The notes below the pieces were generated by a model. It was not told the origin of the DNA. It worked only from the letters and a program-made list of their open reading frames with translations, and did not search any database. Positions 50,002 to 60,344 of a stretch of 64,000 nucleotides of DNA are shown piece after piece. A program made the translations under genes and the position numbers. The stretch covers positions 29,122-93,121 of the forward strand of contig JABBBT010000057.1 in assembly GCA_018607365.1 (NCBI GenBank), given 5' to 3'. Source of the stretch: SAR86 cluster bacterium. Its GTDB lineage: Bacteria; Pseudomonadota; Gammaproteobacteria; Magnimaribacterales; D2472. Every line of letters starts with the position of its first letter. Position 1 is the stretch's first letter.

Positions 50002-51374
50002 TTACCTATTATTGAATTACAGACAATTGATACACTTCCGGCGCCTTGAGTAATTAAAATATCAAAATCATCTCTTCTTTGTTTAATTAGGGCATTAATA
50101 TCATTATGGTTTTTAAGATAGGTCACATCTTTATGACCTTGCTGTTTTAAAGTTTCAACGATTGTTCTTGAATCAATACCCTTGATTGGCTTTTCACTTG
50201 CAGCATAAATATCTAATAGAACCACAGAATCAACCTTTTTGAGAACTTTTATAAAATCATCGAATAGCTGGGCTGTTCTAGAGAACCTATGTGGTTGAAA
50301 AATCATCAATGATCTGCTTTTTGGAAATTCTTCTTTATATGCTTTTATTGTGGATAGAACTTCAATAGGATGATGTCCATAATCATCTATAAGCACTTTA
50401 TAGGATGGCTTTATATAAATTTCATGTTTTTCATATCGCCTTCCAACTCCGCTGAATTTTGCAATACCTTCTTTAATAGCTTTGAGCGGGATTCCTTCTT
50501 CCATCGAAACAGCAATTGCTGCAGCTGCATTATAAACATTATGAACACCTGGGAGTTGTATTTTAAATTTATAAATTTTTTCATTTTTTTTAATTTTAAA
50601 AAATTGCCAGCCATTATTATAAGAAGGATCTTGGATTTGAAAATTTGCGTGACTAGATTTACCAAAAGAAATCTGTTTTCTCGATATTCGTTTTGAAATT
50701 TTCTTAATATTTTTATCATCAGTATTAATAATCAGATATCCATAAAAGGGAACGTTTTCTGAAAACCTTACAAATGAACTTAGTAGGTTCTCAAAATTAT
50801 TATCGTAATGAACCAGATGGTCATCATCAATATTAGTTAAAACTGCTACATCTGGCTGGAGATGAATAAATGAACCATCGCTCTCATCAGCCTCAGCTAT
50901 TAAATGCTTTCCATCACCAAGATCTGAGTTTTCATCAGTACTCAAGACTTTGCCTCCAACAACATACGTAGGGCTTTGCATTGCGACCGTAAATATTTTA
51001 GCAATCATACTAGTTGTTGTTGTTTTTCCATGACTTCCAGCAATAGCTATACTCTCATAACCTTTCATCAAGCTTCCAAGCATTTCAGCTCTTGGTATTA
51101 TTGTGATTGAGTTTTTCTTAGCTTCAATAATCTCAGGGTTCTTTAGGTCTATTGCCGATGAAACAACAATGAGGTTGGCATTATTTATATTAGAGTGCCT
51201 GTGTCCAATATATACTTTAGCCCCACTTTTTTTAAGTTTTTTTAATTCGGTTGTATTATTGATATCTGATCCAGATATCTTGTACCCTTTTTTTAAAAGC
51301 ACTCTGGCAATACCTATCATCCCTGACCCCCCAATGCCAATGAAATGAATGTGCTTAATTTTTTTAAAATTCAT
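49989..51374 (-). CDS. murC: UDP-N-acetylmuramate--L-alanine ligase
   Basis: HFIGIGGSGM, GSHGKTTTTSM and GVHNVYNAAAAIAV motifs. Confidence 0.95.
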   Translation of the reverse strand: MNFKKIKHIHFIGIGGSGMIGIARVLLKKGYKISGSDINNTTELKKLKKSGAKVYIGHRHSNINNANLIVVSSAIDLKNPEIIEAKKNSITIIPRAEMLGSLMKGYESIAIAGSHGKTTTTSMIAKIFTVAMQSPTYVVGGKVLSTDENSDLGDGKHLIAEADESDGSFIHLQPDVAVLTNIDDDHLVHYDNNFENLLSSFVRFSENVPFYGYLIINTDDKNIKKISKRISRKQISFGKSSHANFQIQDPSYNNGWQFFKIKKNEKIYKFKIQLPGVHNVYNAAAAIAVSMEEGIPLKAIKEGIAKFSGVGRRYEKHEIYIKPSYKVLIDDYGHHPIEVLSTIKAYKEEFPKSRSLMIFQPHRFSRTAQLFDDFIKVLKKVDSVVLLDIYAASEKPIKGIDSRTIVETLKQQGHKDVTYLKNHNDINALIKQRRDDFDILITQGAGSVSIVCNSIIGKWKV

Positions 51375-51375
51375 A

Positions 51376-52422
51376 TTACTTACTTAAATATTCTATTATT
51401 TTCGAGGATATAAAAGACGCAGCATTTAAGTGTTCTAAATTAGTCTTTGTTTTCCAATCATTATAAATTTTTTTATCAATAACTTGCGATAATTTAATTT
51501 CTAAATCACTTAGCCCATTTTCTTGGCTATGAACTATGCCCATACCAATATTTTCAATGTACTTAGCATTATAAAATTGATGGTTATCTATTGATGATGG
51601 CAAAGGGATCATCACCATACCTCTTCCCATAGATGATATTTCAGAAATGCTCAAGGCACCAGACCTTGTAATAACAAAATCTGACCATTCAATCAAAGAC
51701 TGAGGATTTTTATAAAACTCTTGAACCTCCGCATCGATATTTGCTTCTAGATATAAGGTTTTAACATCAGATAATTTTCCAACTCCACATTGATGTTTAA
51801 TATTTATCTTGCAATTAATTTGACCAAAAACTATTGGAAGATTCTTATTTAAATATTCTGCGCCCTGACTACCCCCGGTCACATATATATTAATATCATT
51901 ACTCGAATTAATATCTTGTGCTGGTTTTTTGGAAAATACATTCCTAATCGGGTTTCCACTAAAGATATTATTTTTTAAATTATTTTTTATAGGGAAGCCT
52001 AAAAAATTAAACGTAGAATGCTTTGAAAGCATTTTATTGGCCGAGCCTTGGATAGAATTTTGTTCATGGGTGAAAATAGGCTTCATCATAATCTTAAATG
52101 CTATTGCTGGGGGTACAGTTATAAAGCCACCAAAACCTATCATTGCATCTATTTTTTCTTTTCGTATTAAATTGATCACACTTATAATTCCAAGTGGTAT
52201 TAGAATAAGTGATTTAATTTTTAAGACTGTATTCTTCCCTCTAAATCCATTCATTTTTATAGTCTGATAATTGAAATCTTTACCACTAACAGCGTCTCTT
52301 TCTATCTTTTCTCCACCTCCCAGAAAAACTACATCATGACCGCTTTTTATGAACTCATCAGCAACTGCTATTGCTGGAAAAATATGCCCTCCTGTTTTTG
52401 CTGCGGAAACTAAAATTTTCAT
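51376..52422 (-). CDS. murG: undecaprenyldiphospho-muramoylpentapeptide beta-N-acetylglucosaminyltransferase
   Basis: 348 aa; AAKTGGHIFPA and the GT28 C-terminal domain. Confidence 0.93.
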   Translation of the reverse strand: MKILVSAAKTGGHIFPAIAVADEFIKSGHDVVFLGGGEKIERDAVSGKDFNYQTIKMNGFRGKNTVLKIKSLILIPLGIISVINLIRKEKIDAMIGFGGFITVPPAIAFKIMMKPIFTHEQNSIQGSANKMLSKHSTFNFLGFPIKNNLKNNIFSGNPIRNVFSKKPAQDINSSNDINIYVTGGSQGAEYLNKNLPIVFGQINCKINIKHQCGVGKLSDVKTLYLEANIDAEVQEFYKNPQSLIEWSDFVITRSGALSISEISSMGRGMVMIPLPSSIDNHQFYNAKYIENIGMGIVHSQENGLSDLEIKLSQVIDKKIYNDWKTKTNLEHLNAASFISSKIIEYLSK

Positions 52423-52426
52423 ATAC

Positions 52427-53536
52427 CTATATTAATTTGTTTTCATTGTTAATTCTAAGAACTATGGCTACCAAAGACATCATTATGATAATACTAGTTC
52501 CCCCATAGCTTATAAATGGCAAAGTTAAACCTTTTGTAGGAAGCAGCCCTATGTTTACGGCTATATTAAATAAGGCCTGCACAGCTATCAAAACAAAAAT
52601 ACCAAAAGAAACATATCCTTGAAATAGCCTTCCTTTTTTTAATGAATCTATAGTTATTTTTAAGATACCAATAAATAATATTACGAACAGAAATAATAAA
52701 AATAATCCCCCAATAACGCCCAATTCTTCGACAATAATCGCAAAAATAAAATCTGTATGAGCTTCTGGAAGAAAAAAGTTTTTTTGGAAGCTATTGCCTA
52801 TCCCGAGACCAAACCACCCACCTTGCCCTATTCCAATTAATGAATTCGAGAGCTGCCAACCAGCATTATTTACAACTTCTGGAGCAAATGGGTCTGTAAA
52901 TGCCATAACTCTAGCAATCCTCCATGGGGAGTTATAAACAGCCAAGTATCCGAGCAAGGCAATTAATACCGACAGAAGACTAAACTGGAAAAATGAAATC
53001 CCAGCATAAAAAAGAATAGCCACCACTAATAAACATATGATTGCAGTTGACCCTAAGTCTGGTTGACTCATAATCAACAAAGCGATTATAAATAATAGGA
53101 ATAAAGGTTTTAAGAAGCTTCTTAATGTATCTATCTCAGACATACGTCTAACCGAATATCCCGAAATATATAAAATTAAACTAAATTTACATATTTCTGA
53201 TGGCTGAATATTTATAGGCCCAGCTCTAATCCATCTAGTACTTCCATTCACAGTCGTTCCAACTTCTGGAAGAAACATTACAAATAATAGGATGATGCTA
53301 ATAAGCATGAAAACCCAATCAGATTTAAATAAAAAATCTGATGGTATAACAGAAAAAAATATCATTGATATTAGTCCAATTGAAATAAATAGCATCTGTC
53401 TTGATGCAAAGTGAAATGGGTTTCCATAATTTTCATCTGCAAAATAAATGCTAGCTGATGAAACCATAGTGATTCCTATTGCCATTAATGCTATAAAAGG
53501 TATTAATATAAGAAGATTGTTAACTTTATGATTCAT
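52427..53536 (-). CDS. ftsW: SEDS-family peptidoglycan polymerase FtsW
   Basis: 369 aa with about 10 TM helices; IQPSE and PEAHTDFIF motifs. Confidence 0.92.
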   Translation of the reverse strand: MNHKVNNLLILIPFIALMAIGITMVSSASIYFADENYGNPFHFASRQMLFISIGLISMIFFSVIPSDFLFKSDWVFMLISIILLFVMFLPEVGTTVNGSTRWIRAGPINIQPSEICKFSLILYISGYSVRRMSEIDTLRSFLKPLFLLFIIALLIMSQPDLGSTAIICLLVVAILFYAGISFFQFSLLSVLIALLGYLAVYNSPWRIARVMAFTDPFAPEVVNNAGWQLSNSLIGIGQGGWFGLGIGNSFQKNFFLPEAHTDFIFAIIVEELGVIGGLFLLFLFVILFIGILKITIDSLKKGRLFQGYVSFGIFVLIAVQALFNIAVNIGLLPTKGLTLPFISYGGTSIIIMMSLVAIVLRINNENKLI

Positions 53537-54557
53537 TAAATAATTTAGTTACGAGCGAATTAAATTTATTACCCCGGTCTTCAAAATTTTTATAATCCTT
53601 TCCACTTGGGTAGCCAGGTGAGAATAAAATATTTGAATCTATAGATATATTTCTTATGAATTGGAGGGCTTCTTTTAAATCATTAAGGATATGTATTTTG
53701 GGGTGAGAGACACATTTTATTATTTCATTTTTATGAGCTCCAAATATCAAAATACTCTCAGGCCCATCTATAGCTAGATTTTTAAACTGCTCTTTTTTTG
53801 GGCTCCCACATAAGAGAAGATGATATTGATTCATTCCAAAGTTCTTGTTAGCTTTATCCACTGCATAGTTTAATGAGTTTGAATTTGTGGACTTAGAGTC
53901 ATTAATAATTGAATTAGTTATTTTTTGAAATCTAAATGGCAAATCTTTAAGTTCTTGATGTTTTGGATTCTTTCCTGTGATCCATTGATATAGTTGAAAA
54001 GGATCGCTTTCATATGAAACGTTTTTTGCATTAAGTATTTTTTGCTTTGCTTTCTTATAATTTTCAAATGTCTCATGATAATCCAGGTGATCAGGAGTAA
54101 TATTCAATAAAATACCGAAATCTAAATCAGGCTTATTTGCCTTATCAAGCTGAAAACTTGAAAGTTCTATTATTGAATACTTGGAGCCATTATTGATATG
54201 GTCTAACATTGGATTTCCAATATTTCCAATTAAGTTAGCCTTGGAATGCTTTTGAAAAATTTGATGAAGGTGTGAGCAAGTAGTGCTTTTTCTATTTGTT
54301 CCAGTAACTCCAATTTTAATTGATCTGTCTTCTTGAAGAAAGATATCTAAATCGGTCAGCACTTCTGCTACAGATTTAAGAAGTTTGAATGTCTCCCTAT
54401 CAATACCAGGGCTGCAATAGATGGTTTTATAGGACTCCAGTTTTAAAATCTCTGAATCAAGTGATTTGTCATAAATATCATATTCAATATTTTTTACTTT
54501 CAAATATCTTTCAAAAGATTTGCCTGTAATGCCATAGCCATAAATCAGGGATTTCAT
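53526..54557 (-). CDS. murD: UDP-N-acetylmuramoylalanine--D-glutamate ligase (unusually short)
   Basis: GVTGTNRKSTT P-loop, NITPDHLDYH, and C-terminal-domain motifs PFRF, INDSKSTN, LFSPGYPSGKDYKNFEDRGNKF. It is only 343 aa, against 438 in E. coli. Confidence 0.85.
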   Translation of the reverse strand: MKSLIYGYGITGKSFERYLKVKNIEYDIYDKSLDSEILKLESYKTIYCSPGIDRETFKLLKSVAEVLTDLDIFLQEDRSIKIGVTGTNRKSTTCSHLHQIFQKHSKANLIGNIGNPMLDHINNGSKYSIIELSSFQLDKANKPDLDFGILLNITPDHLDYHETFENYKKAKQKILNAKNVSYESDPFQLYQWITGKNPKHQELKDLPFRFQKITNSIINDSKSTNSNSLNYAVDKANKNFGMNQYHLLLCGSPKKEQFKNLAIDGPESILIFGAHKNEIIKCVSHPKIHILNDLKEALQFIRNISIDSNILFSPGYPSGKDYKNFEDRGNKFNSLVTKLFNES

Positions 54558-54565
54558 TAATAATT

Positions 54566-55651
54566 TTATCTAAGTTTTAATGTTGCCAATGCAATTAAAA
54601 TTAACACAAGCGTAATAATCCAAAAACGTACAATAATTTTTGGTTCTGGCCAGCCTTTTAATTCGTAGTGATGATGAATTGGCGCCATTAAAAAAACTCT
54701 TTTCCCTCTTGTTTTAAATGAGATAACCTGAATTGCAACACTCAAAGTTTCGATAACAAATACACCAGCCATGATTGCAAAAACTAATTCATGCCGAAGT
54801 ATTATGGCTAATATCCCAAGAATAGCTCCTAGTGTTAGAGATCCAATATCTCCCATAAAGATTTGTGCAGGATATGTGTTGTACCAAAGAAAACCAATAC
54901 CTGAGCCAATCAATGCACCACAAAATACTATTAATTCTCCTGAAAGTTTTAAATGAGGAAGGTATAAGTAATCTGCAATTATTTGATTTCCCATGCTGTA
55001 CGCTATTAAACCAAGCGCTCCTGCAATGAGCACTGAAGGAAGAATGGCTAAGCCATCAAGACCATCAGTAAGATTAACGGCATTTGACGATCCTACAAGA
55101 ACAAACATTCCGGTAAAAATAAATACAAATGGGCTCATTGGAATTAATAGATCTTTAAAAAAGGGGACGATAAAAGAGGTTTCTGGAGCCGTCTCTGCAG
55201 AATAAAATAAATACGTTACTGATATAAACGAGAAAGCTATCTGTAAAATAATTTTTTGCTTGGAGGACAGGCCATCAGAGCTTTTTTTCTTTATCTTAAT
55301 ATAATCATCTGCAAATCCAATCGTTGCAAACGAAACTGTGACAAACAGCACTACCCATATATATCTATTACTTAAGTCGGCCCACAGTAGTGTTGAAATA
55401 ACTAATGATGACAAAATTAGAAGACCTCCCATTGTTGGAGTACCTGATTTTTTATAATGAGATTCTGGACCTTGCGTTCTAACATGCTGTTCGAATTGCA
55501 TAGACTTTAATATTTTTATAATTAATGGGCCCATTAAAATAGAAATCAAGAGGGCTGTTACTGCCCCTCCCAGGGTCCTTACAGTGAGATACCTTAGGAC
55601 ATCAAAACCAGGATCATAATCAACAAGTACAGTTCCTAAATATTCAAACAT
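54566..55651 (-). CDS. mraY: phospho-N-acetylmuramoyl-pentapeptide transferase
   Basis: 361 aa; NAVNLTDGLDGLA and PIHHHYE motifs. Confidence 0.96.
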   Translation of the reverse strand: MFEYLGTVLVDYDPGFDVLRYLTVRTLGGAVTALLISILMGPLIIKILKSMQFEQHVRTQGPESHYKKSGTPTMGGLLILSSLVISTLLWADLSNRYIWVVLFVTVSFATIGFADDYIKIKKKSSDGLSSKQKIILQIAFSFISVTYLFYSAETAPETSFIVPFFKDLLIPMSPFVFIFTGMFVLVGSSNAVNLTDGLDGLAILPSVLIAGALGLIAYSMGNQIIADYLYLPHLKLSGELIVFCGALIGSGIGFLWYNTYPAQIFMGDIGSLTLGAILGILAIILRHELVFAIMAGVFVIETLSVAIQVISFKTRGKRVFLMAPIHHHYELKGWPEPKIIVRFWIITLVLILIALATLKLR

Positions 55652-56981
55652 TTATAAATTTTTCCATTTGCATGCCTCTAGAGCCTTTTAAAAGTACAAC
55701 ATCATCTGATGATATATTTTGTTTTAAGAAAATTTTTAACTCATTTTCATTACTAAAAAACACACCATTTTTTCCAAATGCATCAACAGCATATTTTGTT
55801 AAATCACCAAAACCAAGAAAAATATCTATTTTCTTATGTGATGCATAATTCCCAATCTTTTTATGCATATACTTTCTCATTCTACCTAATTCAAGCATAT
55901 CTCCTAAAACTAATACTTTTCTTTTTTTGGAGTTTGATAAAAGGTCTATTGATTTTTTTACAGAATCTGGGTTTGCATTATAAGTATCATCTATTAGTGT
56001 TGACTTGTTAATCCAGCTGAATTGATCTTGTCTGCCCATTAACTTAATATTTTTAATATTTTTTACAATATCTTTTTCTGGCCTATTTAAAAAGAATAAT
56101 ACTGAGAAAGTAGCTAAAATATTTTTAACATTATGCTCTCCAGCAAGATTTGAGTTTATTCTCTGCTTAATATTATGTTTTGTAGACAAAATTGTGAAAG
56201 ATGTTTTATTGATACTATATTTTATATCTGCCGCATAAAAATCAGAATCTTTACTCAACCCAAAAGTAATAATAGAGATATCATTTCTCATCTCTCTCCA
56301 CTGACTTTGATGGTTTTTATTTTCAGATGGTATGACCAAACATCCATTTTTTTTAATATTAGATACCATCTCTGATTTAACCTTAAAAACCCCATTGATG
56401 TTTTTAAGGCTTTCAAGATGAGAACTGCCAATATTAGTAATCACTCCAACATCAGGCTTAAGGAAAGAACTTAAATAATGTATGTCGCCAAAATTAGCTG
56501 CACCCATTTCCATTACCAAGCTTGTAGAGGCTCTTTTTGCATTCATTATGCTCAGAGGCATTCCTATTTCATTATTGAAATTTTTTATGGTGCTTGAACT
56601 ACCCTTCAAGCATTGATAAATCATGCTAGTTGTTGATGTCTTTCCATTGCTACCAGTAATACCAACTATTTCACCTTCAAAACTACTTATTATATTTTTT
56701 GATATTCTTTTTAAAGCTTTTATAGAATCAGGTACATATATGATTTGCTTGTTCTTAGAATCTTTAAACTCTTTTCCGTCAGCGATTACAAGTGACGCGC
56801 CCTTTTTAATTGCCGTGTTTACATATTTGTTGCCATTAAAACTATTGCCCTTAATAGCTATAAATAATGCGTTTTTTCTTAAGGTTCTTGTGTCAGTAGA
56901 AATACTTTTTATGGGAATATTTTTTTTTACTGAGGTGCCTAAAAATTTTGATATGTCATTTGAATTACTTATAAATTTCAT
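55644..56981 (-). CDS. murF: UDP-N-acetylmuramoyl-tripeptide--D-alanyl-D-alanine ligase
   Basis: GITGSNGKTSTTSM and GEHNVKNILATFSV motifs. Confidence 0.93.
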   Translation of the reverse strand: MKFISNSNDISKFLGTSVKKNIPIKSISTDTRTLRKNALFIAIKGNSFNGNKYVNTAIKKGASLVIADGKEFKDSKNKQIIYVPDSIKALKRISKNIISSFEGEIVGITGSNGKTSTTSMIYQCLKGSSSTIKNFNNEIGMPLSIMNAKRASTSLVMEMGAANFGDIHYLSSFLKPDVGVITNIGSSHLESLKNINGVFKVKSEMVSNIKKNGCLVIPSENKNHQSQWREMRNDISIITFGLSKDSDFYAADIKYSINKTSFTILSTKHNIKQRINSNLAGEHNVKNILATFSVLFFLNRPEKDIVKNIKNIKLMGRQDQFSWINKSTLIDDTYNANPDSVKKSIDLLSNSKKRKVLVLGDMLELGRMRKYMHKKIGNYASHKKIDIFLGFGDLTKYAVDAFGKNGVFFSNENELKIFLKQNISSDDVVLLKGSRGMQMEKFINV

Positions 56982-58461
56982 TTATCACCCCATGATCACT
57001 AAAAAAAACTTTTTTACCAGATACCTCTTGAGTCACTTCATGTCCCTTTCCAAGTATAACTAAGCAATCATCTTTACCTATGAGCTTGCTACCTTGAATA
57101 ATTGCCTCTCTCCTGTCTTCTATTGAAATAACTTTTTCATGATCATTCCCTTTTAGAGCATCATTAAAAATTGAATTAAAACTTTCACTTCTTGAATTGT
57201 CAGAAGTAAAAATTATTTTACTAGCATTGCCTATGGCAGCTTTCATCATTTTAGGTCTTTTTAATTTATCTCTATCACCCCCACATCCAAATACGACTAC
57301 AATTTTTTTAAAGTAGTTTTTAATTGATAATAAAAATAATTCTATTCCTTCTGCATTATGAGCAAAATCAATTATTACATTTGCAGGTATATTATTAATT
57401 AATTCCGTTCTTCCTTTGGGAAGGGTTAGATAATTAAGATCGTTTATTTTTATTTGTGAAAAATCAGCAAAACCAATAGAACATATTCCAAATACTAAAT
57501 TTTCAATATTAAATTCAGGGAATAGATTGCATGAAAATTTATATTTCTGATTATATGAAGGAAAATAACCTATTGGAGGATTATTTATAATGATATTAAA
57601 TAAAGATTGCTCTTTATCAATAGAAACTATTTCGTAATAAATATCAGCAGACTTATTTTTTTTACTTATTGTTGTTAGCTGATGTTTAGAATTTTTTAGA
57701 TACTCATATTTATCTTTATGTGGAGCGAGATCCTCATTTATCAACATTAGTGGGCTGGAAGGGTTAAATATTTGAAACTTTATATCAGTGTATTCTTTTA
57801 AGCTGCCATGGTAATCGAGATGGTCTGTTCCAATATTAAGAAGAGCTGCTGAATTATAAAAAGAAATACCTTTGAGCCTTTCTTGAGATAGCGCATGTGA
57901 AGATATCTCAATACAAACTGATACTGAGTCATTGAAATTATAAAAACTAAAAATTTTAAAAAATTCAAAAATATCAGGTGTTGTTTTTGAAGATATGCTT
58001 TTATTTATTTCTTCATTATTATATTTTGTTCCCAGTGTTCCTATATAAATTGATTCATAGCCACTTTTTACCAACATCTGATGGGTTAAGTAAGCTGTAG
58101 ATGTTTTCCCATTTGTTCCAGTAAAGGCAAAGTAATTATTTTTACTTTGAATATCAACAAGTTTATAGAATTCCTCTAAAAATAAAAAAACTTTATTTTT
58201 TTGAGTATGTGAATCAAAAATACATAAGTCTTCAACATAAATAATATTTTCTTTATTCGATAAGTATTCCAAATCATTATGAATGACCATTGAGGCACCA
58301 AGCTCAATCGCATGTGAAATATATTTACTTCCGTGAGCATGCAAGCCATCAAGTGCAAAGAAAACAAATCCATCTTTAATATTATGAGAGTTATTGGTAA
58401 CTCCATTGATATTTATATTTTTTGGAAAATTAATTCCTAATATTTTTTCTAAACTATTCAT
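56965..58461 (-). CDS. murE: UDP-N-acetylmuramoyl-L-alanyl-D-glutamate--2,6-diaminopimelate ligase
   Basis: FTGTNGKTSTA, GTDHLDYHG and GCGGDRD motifs. I prefer ATG 58461 over the track's TTG 58476. Confidence 0.9.
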   Translation of the reverse strand: MNSLEKILGINFPKNININGVTNNSHNIKDGFVFFALDGLHAHGSKYISHAIELGASMVIHNDLEYLSNKENIIYVEDLCIFDSHTQKNKVFLFLEEFYKLVDIQSKNNYFAFTGTNGKTSTAYLTHQMLVKSGYESIYIGTLGTKYNNEEINKSISSKTTPDIFEFFKIFSFYNFNDSVSVCIEISSHALSQERLKGISFYNSAALLNIGTDHLDYHGSLKEYTDIKFQIFNPSSPLMLINEDLAPHKDKYEYLKNSKHQLTTISKKNKSADIYYEIVSIDKEQSLFNIIINNPPIGYFPSYNQKYKFSCNLFPEFNIENLVFGICSIGFADFSQIKINDLNYLTLPKGRTELINNIPANVIIDFAHNAEGIELFLLSIKNYFKKIVVVFGCGGDRDKLKRPKMMKAAIGNASKIIFTSDNSRSESFNSIFNDALKGNDHEKVISIEDRREAIIQGSKLIGKDDCLVILGKGHEVTQEVSGKKVFFSDHGVINEIYK

Positions 58462-60073
58462 CTTCTGAATATCCAAGATAGTTTAGAGAACTATCAGCTA
58501 TTTTTTTAAATAATGGTGCTGCGATCATTCCACCTGAGTATGCATTTAAACCAGGCTCATCGATTGAGACAAAAATTGTTAGCGACTTATCAGAGAGGGG
58601 AGCTATGCCAACAAATGAAGCTCTATATGAATCTTCTGCATAGCCATTACCGTAAGATGTTTTATGAACTGTGCCAGTTTTACCTCCCTCAGTATAGCCA
58701 TTAATATCTGCATTTTTTCCAGTTCCAATATGAACTACCTCTTTTAAAGCTTCCAGAGTATGTTTTGCAGAATCTTCAGAGATAACTCTCTTTAGACCTA
58801 CTTCATCAGTCTTCAGTATCTTAAAATCTTTATATATACCTTTGTTTGCAAATACAGAATATGCTGAAGTTATCTGAAAAGGGCTAATGGTTAGGCCATA
58901 ACCATAACCCAGGCTTGCTAGCTCCTTATCTGATATTTTATCCTTTATGTTCATTAATCCGAATGCCGATGAGGGGAAGTTTATTGATATTGGTTTACCA
59001 AAACCAAAATTATAGTAAGCATCTTTTAATTTCTCATAACCAAGCATAATAGCAATTTTGGAAGCTCCAACTTGACTTGAATAAGCAATTACTTGTTTGG
59101 GGGTAAGTTCCTCATAACTCTTATAGTCGCTGATAATTTTGTCATTTATCTTTAACCTTCTTGGAATTTCAATAGGTATATCAGGATCAAAAATATTATT
59201 ATCAATTGCTGAGGAAAGTAGGATTGGCTTAAGTACTGACCCTAACTCGTATGCATCTATAAGCGCTCTGTTTTTCTGTATTACCCTGCTAGGGTCATTT
59301 GGATTATATGAGGGATAGCTAGCAACAGCTAAGACCTCTCCACTCATGTTATCAAATACAAGAGCTGTACCTGCCTTAGCTTTATTTTCTTTAATGGCTT
59401 CCGCTAAAAACTTATAAGCATAGAATTGTATAGTGGAATCTATAGTCAGTACTATATCCCTTCCTTGGATAGCTTTATCTACCTCGATTGGTTTTGAGAT
59501 AATCTTTTGTTTAGCATTCTTATAAAATTTTTCCTTACCATTTTTACCAGAAAGTACAGAGTCATAGCTTTTTTCAAGCCCTTCTTGTGCTCTGTCTTTA
59601 CCATAAAAACCTACAAGCGGTGCTATTTGATCTCCTAAAGGATAATGTCTACTATGTCTTACTTCAACTTCAAGTTTATTGTTTTTAAGAGTTTCAATAA
59701 TTAACTGCTCGTTTCTAGATAGCCCTTTCTTGATTAAAGTTTTCTTTGAGAAGGATTCATTAATATTGAGATCCTCATCTAAAGAGATAATATCTTTAAT
59801 CGATATAAATTTTGCTAACTCTAAACCTTTAAGGGCATAAAGATCATAGTTAATAATAGAAACAGCCAATGGGAAGTTATTTCTATCGTAAATAGTTCCT
59901 CTAACTGGGTTAATATTTCTATACTTTATATATTTTTTCTTACCTTCATTTTTTAAAAAAATACTGTCATCTATTTGCAAAGAAATAATTTTGTAGGCAA
60001 TAGCAAAAATAGATAAACTAAAAAAAGAACATACTAAAATAAAGCGCCAATTTATAATACTAATTTTCTTCAT
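58454..60073 (-). CDS. ftsI: peptidoglycan D,D-transpeptidase FtsI (PBP3)
   Basis: 539 aa; N-terminal TM helix, SxxK (GSVLKP) and KTG (GGKTGT) motifs. Confidence 0.93.
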   Translation of the reverse strand: MKKISIINWRFILVCSFFSLSIFAIAYKIISLQIDDSIFLKNEGKKKYIKYRNINPVRGTIYDRNNFPLAVSIINYDLYALKGLELAKFISIKDIISLDEDLNINESFSKKTLIKKGLSRNEQLIIETLKNNKLEVEVRHSRHYPLGDQIAPLVGFYGKDRAQEGLEKSYDSVLSGKNGKEKFYKNAKQKIISKPIEVDKAIQGRDIVLTIDSTIQFYAYKFLAEAIKENKAKAGTALVFDNMSGEVLAVASYPSYNPNDPSRVIQKNRALIDAYELGSVLKPILLSSAIDNNIFDPDIPIEIPRRLKINDKIISDYKSYEELTPKQVIAYSSQVGASKIAIMLGYEKLKDAYYNFGFGKPISINFPSSAFGLMNIKDKISDKELASLGYGYGLTISPFQITSAYSVFANKGIYKDFKILKTDEVGLKRVISEDSAKHTLEALKEVVHIGTGKNADINGYTEGGKTGTVHKTSYGNGYAEDSYRASFVGIAPLSDKSLTIFVSIDEPGLNAYSGGMIAAPLFKKIADSSLNYLGYSEDE

Positions 60074-60344
60074 CTGAATATTTAATATATATTTTTTTTG
60101 CTTTTTTCTTAATCATACCAAGCTCTTCTTTTGCAGATTTTTCGATACTTGCAGGTGAGTTATTTGTATTAAATTGAGTAATTAACTTAAGATTCGTATC
60201 TTTAAAATCTTCATATTCTTTTCTTAAATTCTCCTGATTTGAATGCAATCTACTTATTTCAAAAGATAATTTGATCTGTTCCAAAGAAATAAAACAAACC
60301 ACAAATAACAAGAATAATAAAATAATATTATTTAATTTAGTCAT
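60060..60344 (-). CDS. ftsL: cell division protein FtsL
   Basis: 94 aa with a single TM helix and coiled coil, between rsmH and ftsI. Confidence 0.8.
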   Translation of the reverse strand: MTKLNNIILLFLLFVVCFISLEQIKLSFEISRLHSNQENLRKEYEDFKDTNLKLITQFNTNNSPASIEKSAKEELGMIKKKAKKIYIKYSDEEN

